Positions 34,701 to 47,925 of a DNA stretch of 64,000 bases are shown here, one piece after another. The notes below the pieces were generated by a model. It saw only the letters and a list, made by a program, of their open reading frames with translations. It was not told the DNA's origin and did no database searches. The DNA is taken from contig DF237312.1 of the NCBI GenBank assembly GCA_000708835.1, positions 34,625 through 98,624 on the forward strand. The letters run 5' to 3'. Source of the DNA: Klebsormidium nitens (taxonomy: Eukaryota > Plantae > Klebsormidiophyceae). How positions within the stretch are numbered: position 1 is the first letter of the stretch; the number at the start of each line of letters is the position of its first letter. The translations under genes were made by a program, and so were the position numbers.

Positions 34701-37645
34701 TCGGGAAGCAGCAGACGCAGAACCCGTTCCGCAAGAATCACGGCCGCGTGCAGCGCGTGCTCTTTCATCCGACGCGGCCCTTCTTCTTTGTGGCGACGCA
34801 GGTGCGGATTATAATTCTTTCCGTCTTCATCTTTTGTCACTTTGACGAGAGCCCGAGAATGTAGGTCCTGCTTACAGTTCTTTTTGTTTCTCAGTCCCTT
34901 CTGTTTTGGGGCGATCTTGCTCAGTGTAGCGCGTGCTGTTCCACCCGATTGTTCTTTGGTTTGATGCTCAGCCCTCATTATATCTGGGAAAGCTTTCAGT
35001 CGTGAAGTGCCTGCGGTTCTGTTCGACGCCCCCGCTTCTTGTTGTCGCTACGGAGGTGGGCGGGTTCTTTTGAAAACTATCACGATTTGGCAGTTCTTCA
35101 GTCCGAAGTTTTTGAGGTCTCAGGGTTAGTACAACAAAAACAAGAAGGGACTTCCGCGTTCTGCTTTGAACCTGCGTGGAACGTGGTGCCACGAAGATTG
35201 GAGCGGCTGTAGGAGAAACCAGGTCTTCTGATCTCCTTACTTCAGCCGAAGAAGGCTACAATTTAAGCATTGGAATTTGCACGGATTTGCCTCAAAATCG
35301 CTAGTAATTGCTGCCTCTCAGACACAGGTTGCAAAATATGGGGCTTCTACTCCCCCTCTGGCTCCCTTACTGCGCGGCAGGAAGGACGGACGTTCATTTG
35401 TTTTGTCTGCTCTTTTCATACGTGTCTGGAATCCTCTTGAAACTCTGCTCGGAAGAAGGACACCCTGTTCGGCTCCCCTGTGCCGACCACATACACAGCG
35501 GCGAAGTGGAAGGTTATGTCGTTTGTTTTCAGGCCCGTCGGGACATTCCTATCTTATTCGAATTGGATCGAGTTGACTGTCTTGCTGACATGTGTCCTCT
35601 TCAGCTTTCTTGGTTTCACCGCTGAACTCTTACGGACTTATTTTCGGCAGACTCTTATGCGCGTTTATAATGTCGACCTTCTTGGGAAAAAGCTTCGACA
35701 ATCATGGAAGAAAGCTTCTCTTGTTACGTCTTGGTGTTTGTCTTGCTGGTCCAAGGTTTTTGATGGACATGGCTTTTTGCAGACCCACGTGCGCGTGTAT
35801 AACCTGGCCAAGCAGCAGCTGGCCAAGAAATTGACGGCGGGCGTGAACCAGATCTCGTCCATGGCGATCCACTCCGGAGGTGAGGTTTTCGAAAAACTAC
35901 CCTTCTGTTTTTGCCCGCGTGCGAAGTCGAGCGGACGGATCAATTAGTCCGGATCCAAGATTGCCAGTGCCGTCCTAGTTTGTATTTGGTTAAGGGAGTG
36001 ACGCCGTGGAGTACGCCCATTCTAAGTACTGGCCTATTGTCCGGGAGCTGAAGCCTTCAGAAGGATACTCTCTTTCCTCCTCTGAAGTTCTGGCGATTCT
36101 CATAGAGATGAGGAGAGAGATTCTCTTTTCGGTGTCACCTACGGTGCGGCCCCTGCCGCGGTTGAATGCATTTCTCAAGATATTAGCTTCTTCCAAGATC
36201 CAAGTTTCCGAAAGTCCGAAATGAAAACTGAGAATGCTCCGGGAAAGCACCTTGTGGGCAGGTGCCTTCCTGTTTGTGCGGCTGTTGTTGCATTGGCTGC
36301 GTGTTGAGACTTAGCGCACCTCCGTCTTGCCTGCGCAGGTGACAACCTGATCATCGGGAGTTATGATAACAAGCTGACGTGGTTCGACATGGACTTGTCT
36401 ACCAAGCCGTACCGGACGCTCAGGTAGGCCACAATCCGCGTTCTTGCTGTTTTTGAGTCGTAATTTGCTCCTGCATGAGTTTGGAGAAGAAGGCTGAACG
36501 TGTCGAAACGAAGCCAAAACACCCAGGGAGGTAGGAGTAGTGTGAGAAATCTGCTCTGCTGACTGAATTGTAGAACAAACGTCGGACACATATGGTTCGA
36601 CGCTTGACAACTTCGATGTTAGCTGTTTGGTGGACATCCACAGATGAAAGAAAGGGCTGGGTGTTTTCAGCCGGCTTTGGGTTACGGGCTTTGATAACCA
36701 AATCAACAACCGTGGCTTTCTTGCTGGAAGGAGCTTTCGATCCGACTGCCTTACGACCCAGCTCGCAGTAACTTTTGGGTTTGTGATCATGCAACTTTGG
36801 CGGCAGCGGAACCGTCCGCCCTTTGGTCGTGGAACTAGAATGACGGAACCAACCCGGTCAAATTGTCTCGCAAGTTTGCTTACTGACTTCGATTCGAACT
36901 CACTCGTGCAGGTACCACGACAGCTCGATCGAGGGTGTCGCATTCCACCGGTCGTACCCGCTGTTCGCCTCGTGCTCTGACGACGGCAGCGCGCACGTGT
37001 TCCACGGCATGGTTTACTCTAACCTGCTCGAAAACCCGCTGATCGTGCCGGTCAAGATCCTGAGGGGGCACAAGGTGGTTGAGAGTGAAGGTGAAGAACC
37101 GCGCCGACGGGTATTGGTTCGTATCGTTTGTGCTGCGCCGCTTACAGACGCTTCCGACGCTTTTTGCGTCTATGCATGTGTCCGAACGCCGGTACCAATA
37201 TTTGAAGCTCCATGACGCTATTGGACCGGGTCAGTGTCAAGAGCGGACGAACTCAAGAAGGTCGCTAGATAGAAAGAGTCCGGTCTGTGCGAAGGAAGGT
37301 ACGGAGCGGTGCTCTTTTCAGCATGCACCTCTCCTCAAATTCACCTTCACACATCGATCAAGTCGCTCGTTCTGCTCGTACGCTGTCTCGCTTTCCTGAG
37401 GCAGCGCTCAGGAGACGACGACATGCTTCGAAGCTCGGACCATCGCCAATGTATAAGTGCATGTTGTTGCGTCTTCATCTGAAGGCCGATGGAGGAGAAA
37501 AGCTTTGGCGCAACTTCCTTGGAAGATGGGGTTATTGAGGCTTTCTTTTCTGGTCGCAGGTGTGCTCGACTGCGCTTTTCACCCCACGCAACCGTGGCTG
37601 TTCACGGCAGGCGCCGACAAGTCAATCAAGCTCTATTGCAATTAG
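28748..37645 (+). CDS. BOP1: Ribosome biogenesis protein BOP1/ERB1 (~770 aa, WD40). Exons 28748-29218, 29404-29558, 30262-30481, 30879-31038, 32386-32597, 33226-33376, 33934-34238, 34610-34801, 35783-35879, 36339-36423, 36912-37090, 37560-37645.
   Basis: Acidic N-terminus, [60 protein letters not shown]40 repeats, and [23 protein letters not shown]. All phases are consistent (2313 nt). Confidence 0.95.
29995..30123 (+). repeat. ~62-bp tandem repeat (2 copies plus a partial) in BOP1 intron 2
   Basis: Unit gccaaagtac(a/g)ggatgcc...agttccaaggttcccgtca(c/t)tttgggg starts at 29995, 30057 and 30118. Confidence 0.85.
32228..32297 (+). repeat. Duplicated 3' splice site plus the first ~50 nt of BOP1 exon 5
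   Basis: gctttgcttggtacag|GTCACGAGGAGTCGTACAACCTGCCCCTGGAGT at 32244, versus the real gcttgtttggtacag|GTCACGAGGAGTCGTACAACCCGCCCCTGGAGT at 32386. Confidence 0.9.
32715..33145 (+). repeat. Four tandem degenerate copies of the BOP1 exon-6 start, three with an intact AG
   Basis: Variants of ATCAACATCGACCCCGAGTCGCTCATCCC at ~32717, 32842, 32985 and 33104. The true exon starts at 33226. Confidence 0.9.
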
Positions 37646-39308
37646 GTGCAGCCTGCCTGGAAGCAGACGTTCATAGAAGCGGCCTTTTCAAAAGTCGCAG
37701 CTCAAAGTTAACGGGTCGATTCACAGCATGGTCAAGCAATGTTCTTGTGGGCTCTCATTCAATGATTCACGCTTGATCGTGCAGCGATCCTGCAGAACTG
37801 CTCTAGAGTGCATGGACTCAGATGGGAAAATAGTGGGTTGCGTGTCGCGCGCCACAATGATTGGAGTGGTTTCAAATATGGCCGATATGATCGATGTTGT
37901 GTAGGAGATTTACATGCTGCGTTCCTGAGTCCTAAAGAATCTATTATGCATCAGTCGCCCATGCAAATGATGTTATTGATGAAAGCTTGAATTCTTGACC
38001 GGTACGAATTATGATCGGACAGGGTACACTGCGCGTACGTGGCTGCCAGCGTCACTGGCCGGCCCGGCCATGCAGCATCCAACTTACATAAAAACGTCAC
38101 ACTGTCAACAATGCAATTTTCACCTGGCAAGACACCCTATACTATGGTGTGTCGGTCAGTGCGCCAAGCTATGATAGCATTCTAGCTTGGCGCAGCGTGT
38201 GTATCCTGCATATGCTTTTGATTTTTAGCGCTATAGGGTGCATATATATGTTGCCGGCCGGTCACGCGACTCAGCGAGCTTCACTCCTGGTTGATTGATC
38301 GCTTGTTCGTCTCCATTCAAATGATCGTGCTTGTAAACGCGGTAGAAATTTCACACATGTGCAACTGATTGCGCGCCGCAGCTAGCCATTCTGCATCCAG
38401 CATGTGTGCAGCTAGCGGGCCGCATCTTGACTGTGATGTGCGGCTCTTAGCGTGCATGCTTCTACTTGCAAGTTCAAGGGGTGAACGATTGATCGCCCAA
38501 ATTATAAATCATATACATCTAAGAAGCTAAAGTGCAGTTCCATGCAAGGAATGAGCATCCGTGAACGTGCCAGCGCACGTAAGTCTGATTATTTTAATGC
38601 ACGATATAGGACTCAAATCTATGCAAGTCACAGCAAGTTCGAGCCGGGAATCTACACTGACCCACAGCTTCAGGGCCTGCATGAGCTATAAGTTTACACT
38701 GAGCCGCATGCAGGTTATCAGGCATACAATTCAGGTTGATTGCGTCCTGCCACATTTCGAGCCGGATATCGAGCCATCTCAAAGTCTTTTGTGCTGGCAG
38801 ATCGTGAAGCAATCGAGTGGAGAATAGTGCGAGAAAACACGACCTACATACAGGATGGCTCAATCGGTCCAGAATGTGATTTGTGTGAGCTCGAGCGCGC
38901 GGTGAGGTTGTTGATTAAGGACTTTCGCTCGTTGACAGCGTCGCGAAGGGACCACCAGCCACTGCTTTTTCATTTGCACCTTGGTCTGGCGTCGGTACTG
39001 GCATCGCTGCAAACGAAACGCATAAAGTAATTTCAACTTTTGATCGTATCTGGAGCGTCAGGTTTGGCTTGCTTGGTATGTTATTGCTGGCGCTGCCTTT
39101 CAGATTGACCCCAAGATGTTCCAAATCAGCAAGATATTGATTGCAGTCCTCAGCCGACAGCAGATTGAGCAAAGACCGCTCTGCTCGACGAACTGGAAAG
39201 AAGCACACATAATTCTTGATTGGAGTTCCATTTACAGACACCAGGAAACACTGTACTTTGTATGAAAGTAAAAAGGTGTTCAGAGGTTCAGCCAATTGCA
39301 GCAGCATA

Positions 39309-40499
39309 TCAACACGGTGCTTCGTCAGCTAAAAAGGGCTCACGTCCAAGTGGAAAATCCGCGGCGGGCAGTAGAACCGCATCAATTCCATGCACGGCTA
39401 GGCCTCCAGGCGCTACGAACACGTTGGGTAATGAAACGCTTGCCAGAGTAGGACCCACGCCTAGTATTACCCTGTGGTCACTGGCAACTCTGATTAGGAG
39501 CGGAAGGTCCTGAAGGGTAGACTGGAGAACCCTTTCTGGCGCTGCCATGAGATCCTGCAAGGACGAAAGTTTGATCTTACTTTTGACATGATGGCCTGTG
39601 CTTTTATCCTAGAGAGGCCCTGAAAACAGAGAAAAGACCTGCTCGAATCGCCGACCTTCCTAGCTAGGGGCATCATCTACTACAGCAACGTCCCTTTTTC
39701 CAATCAAGTGGAATAAATCCTTTGCATCCGACAGTTGGATATCATTCGCATGCAATGCCAAGTAGGAAATAGGGAGGATTGCAGGCTACTAGTGTTCTTG
39801 CAAGGTTCCTCTTCTCAACACACTCTGATAATGCAAGATATACGAAGCTTCTTTCGAAGTTGCTTTCATCAAAAGTACAGAAGTGCAGAACGTGTCTGGT
39901 TTGGTAAAGTTACCTCAATGAAAAAGCATCCACTCAGGATGTGATACTGAAGGAGATCGTGGAATATATCTGGTTGGCTTTGCAGGAAGGTGAATATGTC
40001 CACGGAAATGGCACTGAATGCTGCGTCAGATGGGACAAAGATTGTCTCCGGAGAGTTGTTCTGAAGTTGGTCGCGAAGCAGAGTCGTAGCCTGAGAAGAG
40101 AATGCAAGAGCGTCAGGTCTAGCAAGGCTGTTTGATTCTACGATGTTCGAAATTAGTAGCACTCTTTCGACTGTGAGGCCGTTAAATTTGATGGCCGTTC
40201 CGATGATCTTCAAGAGCTTGCATCGAAGCTCATCATACCATCCAGAAGAACAGCTGCTTCTGTCAGCAAAGCAGTCAAAGCACGTGGCGAGAAATATTAT
40301 TGGTAGGTAAGCCTACCTTGACAAAGAAGAGAAAGGTCTTGTAGTTTCCAGCTAAATCAAGAGCGGCCAAAGCGTCTTGAAACGAGTCCTCAAACGGAGG
40401 GGCCTGAGCCAGAACTGAAAATCCACTTGTGGAGCCGCAGAAGAGACAAATGAGGATCTTCCAAATAAAGGCTGGTTTCATTGTGACCAGATTTGCCAT
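39309..40499 (-). CDS. Secreted fasciclin (FAS1) domain protein a. Exons 40499-40317, 40090-39914, 39554-39309; the 3' end may instead splice on toward ~38915.
   Basis: Signal peptide, FAS1 H1 motif TIFVPSDAAF, central LLQYHIL and H2 motif VHGIDAVLLP; GT-AG phase-0 junctions. Confidence 0.85.
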
Positions 40500-42489
40500 C
40501 TCTTCCTTTGGTCGCTGACCAGTTGATTAGACTCTATCAGATTATGATTGTGCCCTTCCGCCGGCTTCCTGCAAGCAGTCGGTCAATTCCTGTCAGAGAT
40601 CTTGCAGCTTGATGTCCCCCGATCTTTTCAAAGACGTTGCACTCTTCGGGTGATGGACAGACGGAAACGAAACCTGAACGGAACTTCCTTCAATCAGATT
40701 GTAAGGTAACAAGCGGCGGCGCCTTGCAGAATCGGAACAGGGAAACAGCTATCTCTGCATGTGAGCGCAACCTGACACACGCGTTATGTTGCATTGAAGA
40801 CTGTCGCGTCGTTCATCTGACCAGCCTTCGTCTCGGTCCCGCTACACTTTAACCGTACACAGTAACATTCAGTGGCAGGCATTATAGGGAGTCAGCGATG
40901 GAACACGGCCGTCGCGTGTATTACTGTGCAATCGGGTTCAAAGTTTGACAAAACACTTCAACCCTGTAAAAGGAGCCATGTTTCTGAGTTGCGTTAGCGG
41001 TGTCAAATTGTGTAGGATTGATCAGCTGGATCCCTTCTTCTTCCTTGACATGAGGGCAAACCTTAGGATCTGAGAGGCAAACCTTAGGAGTTGATCAGCG
41101 GAGTAAGGTCAAATTTGTCGCTACGACAATGGTCTGAAGCCCAGCAAGAAGCGATCGATGAGGCATTCGGGTGTGCATCAGAGTCACATCCTAAATTTGA
41201 AGACCGCCAACTCTCAGAGCTTTTCCAATGTAGAAGTAGCAGAGCAAGGTAAAGCCTAGTGTTCGTGTCCAAGGAACTCAACAGACTGAATTCAGATGTC
41301 AGCGCGAGGCGTGCGTCTACTACTTAACTGGATAGCACCATCATATTTAAAATAGCAAGATCTGAACGGTTCAAATCCACATGCGCATGATGTGGGCCAG
41401 ATATGGGCATCGATGTTGCTTTCGAACCACATCCATTTTCTCCGTCTTATAGAAGCGGAAGTGTGAGACGTAGCGAGACATGAGACGAAATATTTATATC
41501 TCGCGATTGATTAGTGAAGGATAGAGATTGTGCCTGGAGACTCATGGGGTTGAGGATAGATATTGCCTGGAAACTCCTTGGCTTGCGCTGAAAGCAAGGA
41601 CGAGCACATTCACACCTGTCGACAGAGGAGAGCTATTGATTAGATGTTTCGTCGAACTAGCACCACTTGCTATTGCCACATTCCAAGGCCGATGATATGT
41701 TAGGGAGCGAAGCCGCCAAACAGATAAATTCCTCTTTCGATTTGCTTTCTACAGTTCAAGTGAGTTACATAAAATGTTGTTGTCAAACTGCTCTAGCTTT
41801 CTGTTTTATTTCGATGTAAGGCAGGCTGAACGTCTCCATCAAAGTGTGCCCCTAAAACTGGTCGCATATCTACAGCTTAATGTGTCATGAGCGCAACTAC
41901 TGTAGATGCAAATCATCATTAAATTCATAACGTGAATTTCGTCCAAAAACGATCTGTGGAACACCTACAGCCTACACGGTGCGCGGTATATATATGGAGC
42001 GGAATCTATTTGAAAGCAGGTCTCTATGCGACTAAAGACCGTTTCAAGGCATGGTCATGTTGGCAGGCTTAGTCTGGTTAGCTACACCCTTAATATTAGG
42101 TGAGGGTTGCGCTCCGTTGGAGTTAGTACCGTTCAAAGAAGTTGCTGCACGCAGAAACGAAGCACAGTATCAGCTACGAAAAGGGGAAAGAAGGAACCCA
42201 TTCTTTCTTCAGGGAACAAGGCTGGCAAACCAATCTGTTACACAGTCCTCTGATCTTCCAAATCAAACACGCGTTCATTGTGCAAAAGGACATGGACACC
42301 TGGCTTTCTAGCTCACCTCAACAATCTCAAAAGGATGACGTCACTTCAAGCGCAAACTGGCCTAGCCTTTAAGTGGCATGGTGCCATCATTACGACGTGT
42401 ATACATCGTGGAAAGCCGTGACAGACACTTCTCGTTGTAGTGCTTCAAGACAGTTTCTCAAGAATATACAGCTTTCGAGCAAATGGGTG

Positions 42490-44161
42490 TTAGAGGCTGG
42501 ATAAACACAATTCCTTCCGTACGGCAGTCAAAATTGCCTCAGAAACGGGAAACGCCGGTCTAGCAAACTCACCGTACACAACGAATCTCTGAGGTGTGAG
42601 CACCATGCTGATCCCATGAGTGGCGAAAACTGCTGGAAGCAGAAAGATGTCGGCCTGCGTTACTTTCGCCAGGGGCCGACTCACTCCCACAAAAACGGAA
42701 CCATCCGACGTGACGGTGGTGTTGATGGTCTGATTGCGGAAGACTGACGTCACCTGTCCGTTGGGGAAAGAAAGCAGTACCTGCGGAAGTGATAACGTGC
42801 CACTGGAGTCAAATGGGCAAATCGAATCGCGAGTTGAAATATCTTCAGAGCTTGTTCCGGTCAATTATCATGCAAGCAGTAGTTGCAATTGCACTGTATG
42901 ATCGGGTTGCAAGCAAAGGCTCTCCCTGCTTTAGCAAGGCAATCCTTCAGGGGACATCAAATTTCTGAGGAGCATGACCGAAGAGATCATGAGGTTGAGT
43001 CTCCAGAATGGTAAAATAGTTGCATGGTATGGTACTCACCGCGGCAGGGAGGAAGCCCTTGACAAAATGGTAAGAGATCAGGTTTGTAAGAATATCGGGG
43101 TTCTCTTTGAGGCCCTCTACCACGTTGGGGGGGATGACGGAGAAGGCTGCGTCGGTAGGGGCGAAGAGGGTTGCAGGAGGCCTGAGCTCCGCCACAAGCG
43201 CTGTGGTGTTGACATAGTTCTGCAAGGAACGTCACGAAGCACTTTGAGCAATCTGTTTGTGACCACAATCAATGATCTGACTGGAGATGAAGCGTGGAAC
43301 GCTGCCAGCGTATTCTCCTCATCTTCAGATAAAGGCAGAGTGAAAGCTGACACGGGCGTGTAGCTAGGTGTGGGGGAGTCGTGAGATCCAACTCCCAGAC
43401 TTCAATCATGCCGTCGGTGATTTGCAGGACAAGAAAATGTCAAACGTCTGCTCCTTACGTGAAATAGATACTCACGTCCACGTCTGATATCTTCCAAGAG
43501 CCTTCAAAATTGGAGGATGACCTTAGCACTTAAGGGTAACTTCGTTGAGCGTGAGCATTTGTAAACCTCAAAGTCTATTGGTGACGGGGAAATTGGTGAA
43601 GCCTTATGCATCTGTTTATCTGGTAAAAAGAAAGCCTTAACAAGAAGATATGTACCGTCAATAGATCCAACAGAATGGTGAAGTTTTTGTTGACTCGGAG
43701 CTGAGTGGTTATTGAAGCAAGCACAGCAGCGACAGGCCCAGGCAAAGTAACGTTTGCAGTCCTTGGCGTTGCTAGAGGTGCCGGAGGAGCAGCCTTGATT
43801 TGAGCCCCATGAACCCCGTCACCTCCGCCTGCAAAAGATGGTCTTTTCGTTGGAAGGGCTTTCGAACGCTGACAAGCACTCGTCCGGTTGTGGAGCAAAA
43901 GCGCTTGCAAATACCGCTCTCATCTGTATGTGACGTCTAGATTGAGAGCTCACAGGCAGGAGGACAACGAAAGTATAAAAGTATTGCAAGCAAGGCAACA
44001 GAAAAGAAAAGATCCGGTGACATACCTTGGGTCAAGAAGTTTGGGGTGGACGTGGGGAACGGCTGAGCTGAGGGTTCATCTGAGGGCTGAGCTGACGCCA
44101 GAACAAAGCTGAGGAGGAGGCCAAGGAAGATTGGTACCAAAGGGCTCTTGAAAGGAGCCAT
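42490..44161 (-). CDS. Secreted fasciclin (FAS1) domain protein b with a short Pro/Ala-rich N-terminus. Exons 44161-44026, 43828-43656, 43219-43040, 42780-42490; 3' end uncertain.
   Basis: Signal peptide MAPFKSPLVPIFLGLLLSFVLASAQ, H1 TLFAPTDAAF, LISYHFV and H2-like THGISMVLTP; junction phases are consistent. Confidence 0.82.
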
Positions 44162-46547
44162 TTCGTCTTGCCGCTTAGCAGAGAGAAGAAAGCGCCAGGA
44201 TGCTTGAGGGTGGGAAGGCTGTCACGAAGAGTTCTGATGCAAAAGTTTTTAAAGCTTTTTGTGTAATCCACGAGTCGGTTCCAATCGCTTTGTTACTTGG
44301 ATCAGGTGCCAGCACTCTGTGGCACGTACAGTCAAAGAAAGGAGGGACCAAGGCAGAATGGCGATCCAGGCATGCACCCATTCATGTGATGCCACGAGGC
44401 ATCCTTGAAACAAACCAAGGGCACTTGCAGACGTAAGAGGTAAGAAAATGACGTGTTGCTCATTTCTGGGCCACTGCTCCATGCCTCGAATAAACAGTGG
44501 TCGGTCCCTGTGGATTGCTCTTTTGCCACGTCAAAGCTGATGACAGCGCACATTTATTTGTTTGCACTTTCTTGTTGGACGGCTCTTGCCATTTTCAGAG
44601 GGTCAAAAAAGTTCCCATCTTGCGAGAGAGCTTGCAATTTGCCCATCTTTCGAGATCAATCTTGGACTGATTCCGTTCTTGGTGGAGAAGATCTTCAAAA
44701 GTCTTGAAACAGCATCAGAACCGTGTGTAGATGAATGGTAAGAATGACCACCTGGCTGCCTGCTCCGGCCTCGGTGAGCCAGTTTGACAATTTCAAGAGT
44801 GTCTAAAAAGAGTTCGTTCCATTCTAGGTTGGAGCTCAAGTCACTCGGCTCGAGCGCGACGTGGTACCGGTGGCGCGAGCGCGCGCACACGGACTAAATT
44901 TGAATCGAACAATCCCAGAAACTAGGTTGGTGACACAAACTTCTAGCAGACCGCAACTCGACGTATTACAAGAAGCCAAACAAAACCGGTGGCTTCTAAT
45001 TCACTCGTCGTCAGCACACACACAATCTTGGAGCAGGTTAGTTTGTCATTCGCCGGAGCAGATGTCCAATGCCCTGTTTGCAGGACGTTGGCCATCGCCA
45101 GGAGCGCCCCATCCTGAGTGATCACCTCCAAATTGTATCCGATACAGACTGGCATTGAACTATGTATGGATTCGAAGACGTGCCACAATGTTGTGAAAGC
45201 AAAGGACAGAGGACGTTTCGTCACATGACACAGGAATTACGAAACATTTTTGTGTCAGCTTCTTTGAATCCCGTACTTTGTTTTCAAGCGGATGCTTGTA
45301 ATATCTATGCTGCTTCAAACTTCGACGTAAATCACGACGAAATCCAACCTTTCGACGAGCTGGAAGCAGCTAATGGATATTCGATGAGTAATCAACATGG
45401 TCCGAGTATCCAAAGTTCTGCGTTTTCAAGGGTCCCAGATACTTCGATTCTACATCCTCGCATACAGACAAATGAATGATGACTCAATTGCGAATCTGAT
45501 ATTACAGCTAGTCATGAACACCCTTTGACGTACTAAAACGAGGTGGATGCGGCGTCGATCGAAAAAGCAAAAGAGTGCGAGATGCAAATCTTGCTGGCAA
45601 ATCCCATTAACTGATCATGACATGCACTGCGATGCTGTTTCAGAGAGGGCCTCAAAGAGGCAGCCGGGCGGAGGTGGCGCTGGAAGCGAGGCCAGCAAGA
45701 CCTGCCCAACAAGTACATCTGCTCTCGAAAATTTCAGGTCTACGCATTGACTCCCAGCTGCTGAAAAGAAAGTGGCTTTAAGAGAAGCAGCCCGGTTTGA
45801 TGGCGACGCTCCGAAAGAAGGGAAGGATGGAGTTGTTCAAAGCCTCAGAAGACTTACAGGAACGGCGGGAGTTGCCAACGCACTGTCTTGTCGGCCGCCC
45901 CTTTTCTTCTGGCCAAGCAGCAGCGTCTGTTGTTGAAGGCAAGGCGACCGAAGGCACGTAAACAAGAGGCCGAGGGCGGATCGCGATCGGCGCAGGCGAC
46001 AGAGGAGAGGGAAGCGAAACACGCGAGGCGAAGGGAGTTGATACTTCAAGGAGAAATTCCCGGCTGAATGTTGAGGTACCCATCAGTTGAGACCATGGAA
46101 ATGTTAAAAAATATGAAAGTCGGCCGTTCGGATGTCCAGAAGATGACGGGGGTACATGAAGCCGGGCGGGCTGCTGAGACGCGGGCAACAATTTTTCCAA
46201 CTTGGGATTCAGAACGGCCGTCCGTAAGAAGGGGCGGAGCAGCTTCAGACGTTTCTAAGTTCGTCATCATCGAGACGAATGAAGATCAAGAGCGAGGGGA
46301 GATGGCGAAAATGGCGGATCTAATGAGCGGCTTGCGAGCGGAACCGAAAGCAAACGGCCCCAAGCGCGATGGCTGCGCGGACGCGTCCAAAGTGTCACAG
46401 GAGGTAAAAAGTTGGCCTTCATCTGAGTTCAGTGGTAGCGGAATATCTGCCGGCTCCAAAGAGCTCTTTTGCTTGTAGAATTTCGCTGCTTATGAAGACC
46501 GCTTTTCCAAGTTTTCAACCCTTCATCTCCAATTCCGTGTTAGAAGT

Positions 46548-47171
46548 NNNNNNNNNNNNNNNNNNNNNNNNNNNNNNNNNNNNNNNNNNNNNNNNNNNNN
46601 NNNNNNNNNNNNNNNNNNNNNNNNNNNNNNNNNNNNNNNNNNNNNNNNNNNNNNNNNNNNNNNNNNNNNNNNNNNNNNNNNNNNNNNNNNNNNNNNNNNN
46701 NNNNNNNNNNNNNNNNNNNNNNNNNNNNNNNNNNNNNNNNNNNNNNNNNNNNNNNNNNNNNNNNNNNNNNNNNNNNNNNNNNNNNNNNNNNNNNNNNNNN
46801 NNNNNNNNNNNNNNNNNNNNNNNNNNNNNNNNNNNNNNNNNNNNNNNNNNNNNNNNNNNNNNNNNNNNNNNNNNNNNNNNNNNNNNNNNNNNNNNNNNNN
46901 NNNNNNNNNNNNNNNNNNNNNNNNNNNNNNNNNNNNNNNNNNNNNNNNNNNNNNNNNNNNNNNNNNNNNNNNNNNNNNNNNNNNNNNNNNNNNNNNNNNN
47001 NNNNNNNNNNNNNNNNNNNNNNNNNNNNNNNNNNNNNNNNNNNNNNNNNNNNNNNNNNNNNNNNNNNNNNNNNNNNNNNNNNNNNNNNNNNNNNNNNNNN
47101 NNNNNNNNNNNNNNNNNNNNNNNNNNNNNNNNNNNNNNNNNNNNNNNNNNNNNNNNNNNNNNNNNNNNNNN
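46548..47171. other. Scaffold gap (624 N)
   Basis: Run of n. Confidence 1.
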
Positions 47172-47180
47172 CCGCATTTT

Positions 47181-47270
47181 TGTTGGAGATAAGTACTTCA
47201 ACTTATCCACCTAGGCCATCCCTGCGCAGATATGGCCTAGGTGGATAAGTTGAAGTACTTATCTCCAACA
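47181..47270. repeat. 90-bp palindrome: perfect 39-bp inverted arms, 12-nt spacer, nested sub-hairpins
   Basis: 47181-47219 tgttggagataagtacttcaacttatccacctaggccat is the exact reverse complement of 47232-47270. The spacer contains ctgcgcag. Confidence 0.95.
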
Positions 47271-47901
47271 TTCCGCCGGCTCCGCCGACTCGGATTCGGC
47301 CTGCCGGACTTCTGCCTCTCAAGCTTCGAAGCGGGAGCAAACTCCCGAACCAATAACTGGCACCCGCAGCCTGTCTGCTGGTCGCCACTTCTTGCAATCT
47401 GGGGCCAGCCTCGGTTGGATTCCACAAGGATGGGCCTGCAAAACGTGTGGGTTCCCACCACGCAGGAACAAGAGCGGGCCGGAATATCGTAACAAGAGCG
47501 AACGGAGAATTCAGTCGCTGTCATTGCTTCGGCGACAAGCCCGCTGGAACAGCTTCGCCAGGGACCCTGTCAGCCCCCCAGCACGCGCACGCGCCGCGGC
47601 ATGCTCCGGAACCCTTAAACCTCCCGCGTCGCCCGCCCCCGACGTCATCGACCGTGTCCCTCCGGCCCTGAGTCCGAAGCGCCCGCTAAAGGAAAATACC
47701 AGAACCGCGGGGTTGATGTCGTCAGCAGATCCGACCTTGAAGGGTGGGTGACGCTTGGAAGCGAGAATGGCGGGGGCCACTGCACGACCGGCGCTTCGCA
47801 CGTAAAGTGTAGCTCCCATAGAGGCGGGATGGGTCATGCCTTGCCATAAATGCAGAGAGCAGCCAGAGTCTTTTGCGGTGCCCAAGGAGCCTGATCAGAC
47901 C

Positions 47902-47925
47902 GCAGGTGACACGTGGCGCCACGGG
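47902..47925 (-). promoter_or_regulatory. Second copy of the 24-bp G-box/ABRE element
   Basis: gcaggtgacacgtggcgccacggg is the reverse complement of 15456-15479. Confidence 0.5.

Noticed and set aside
46432-47214. 260-aa and 231-aa ORFs
   Set aside because: Artefacts of translating through the N gap.
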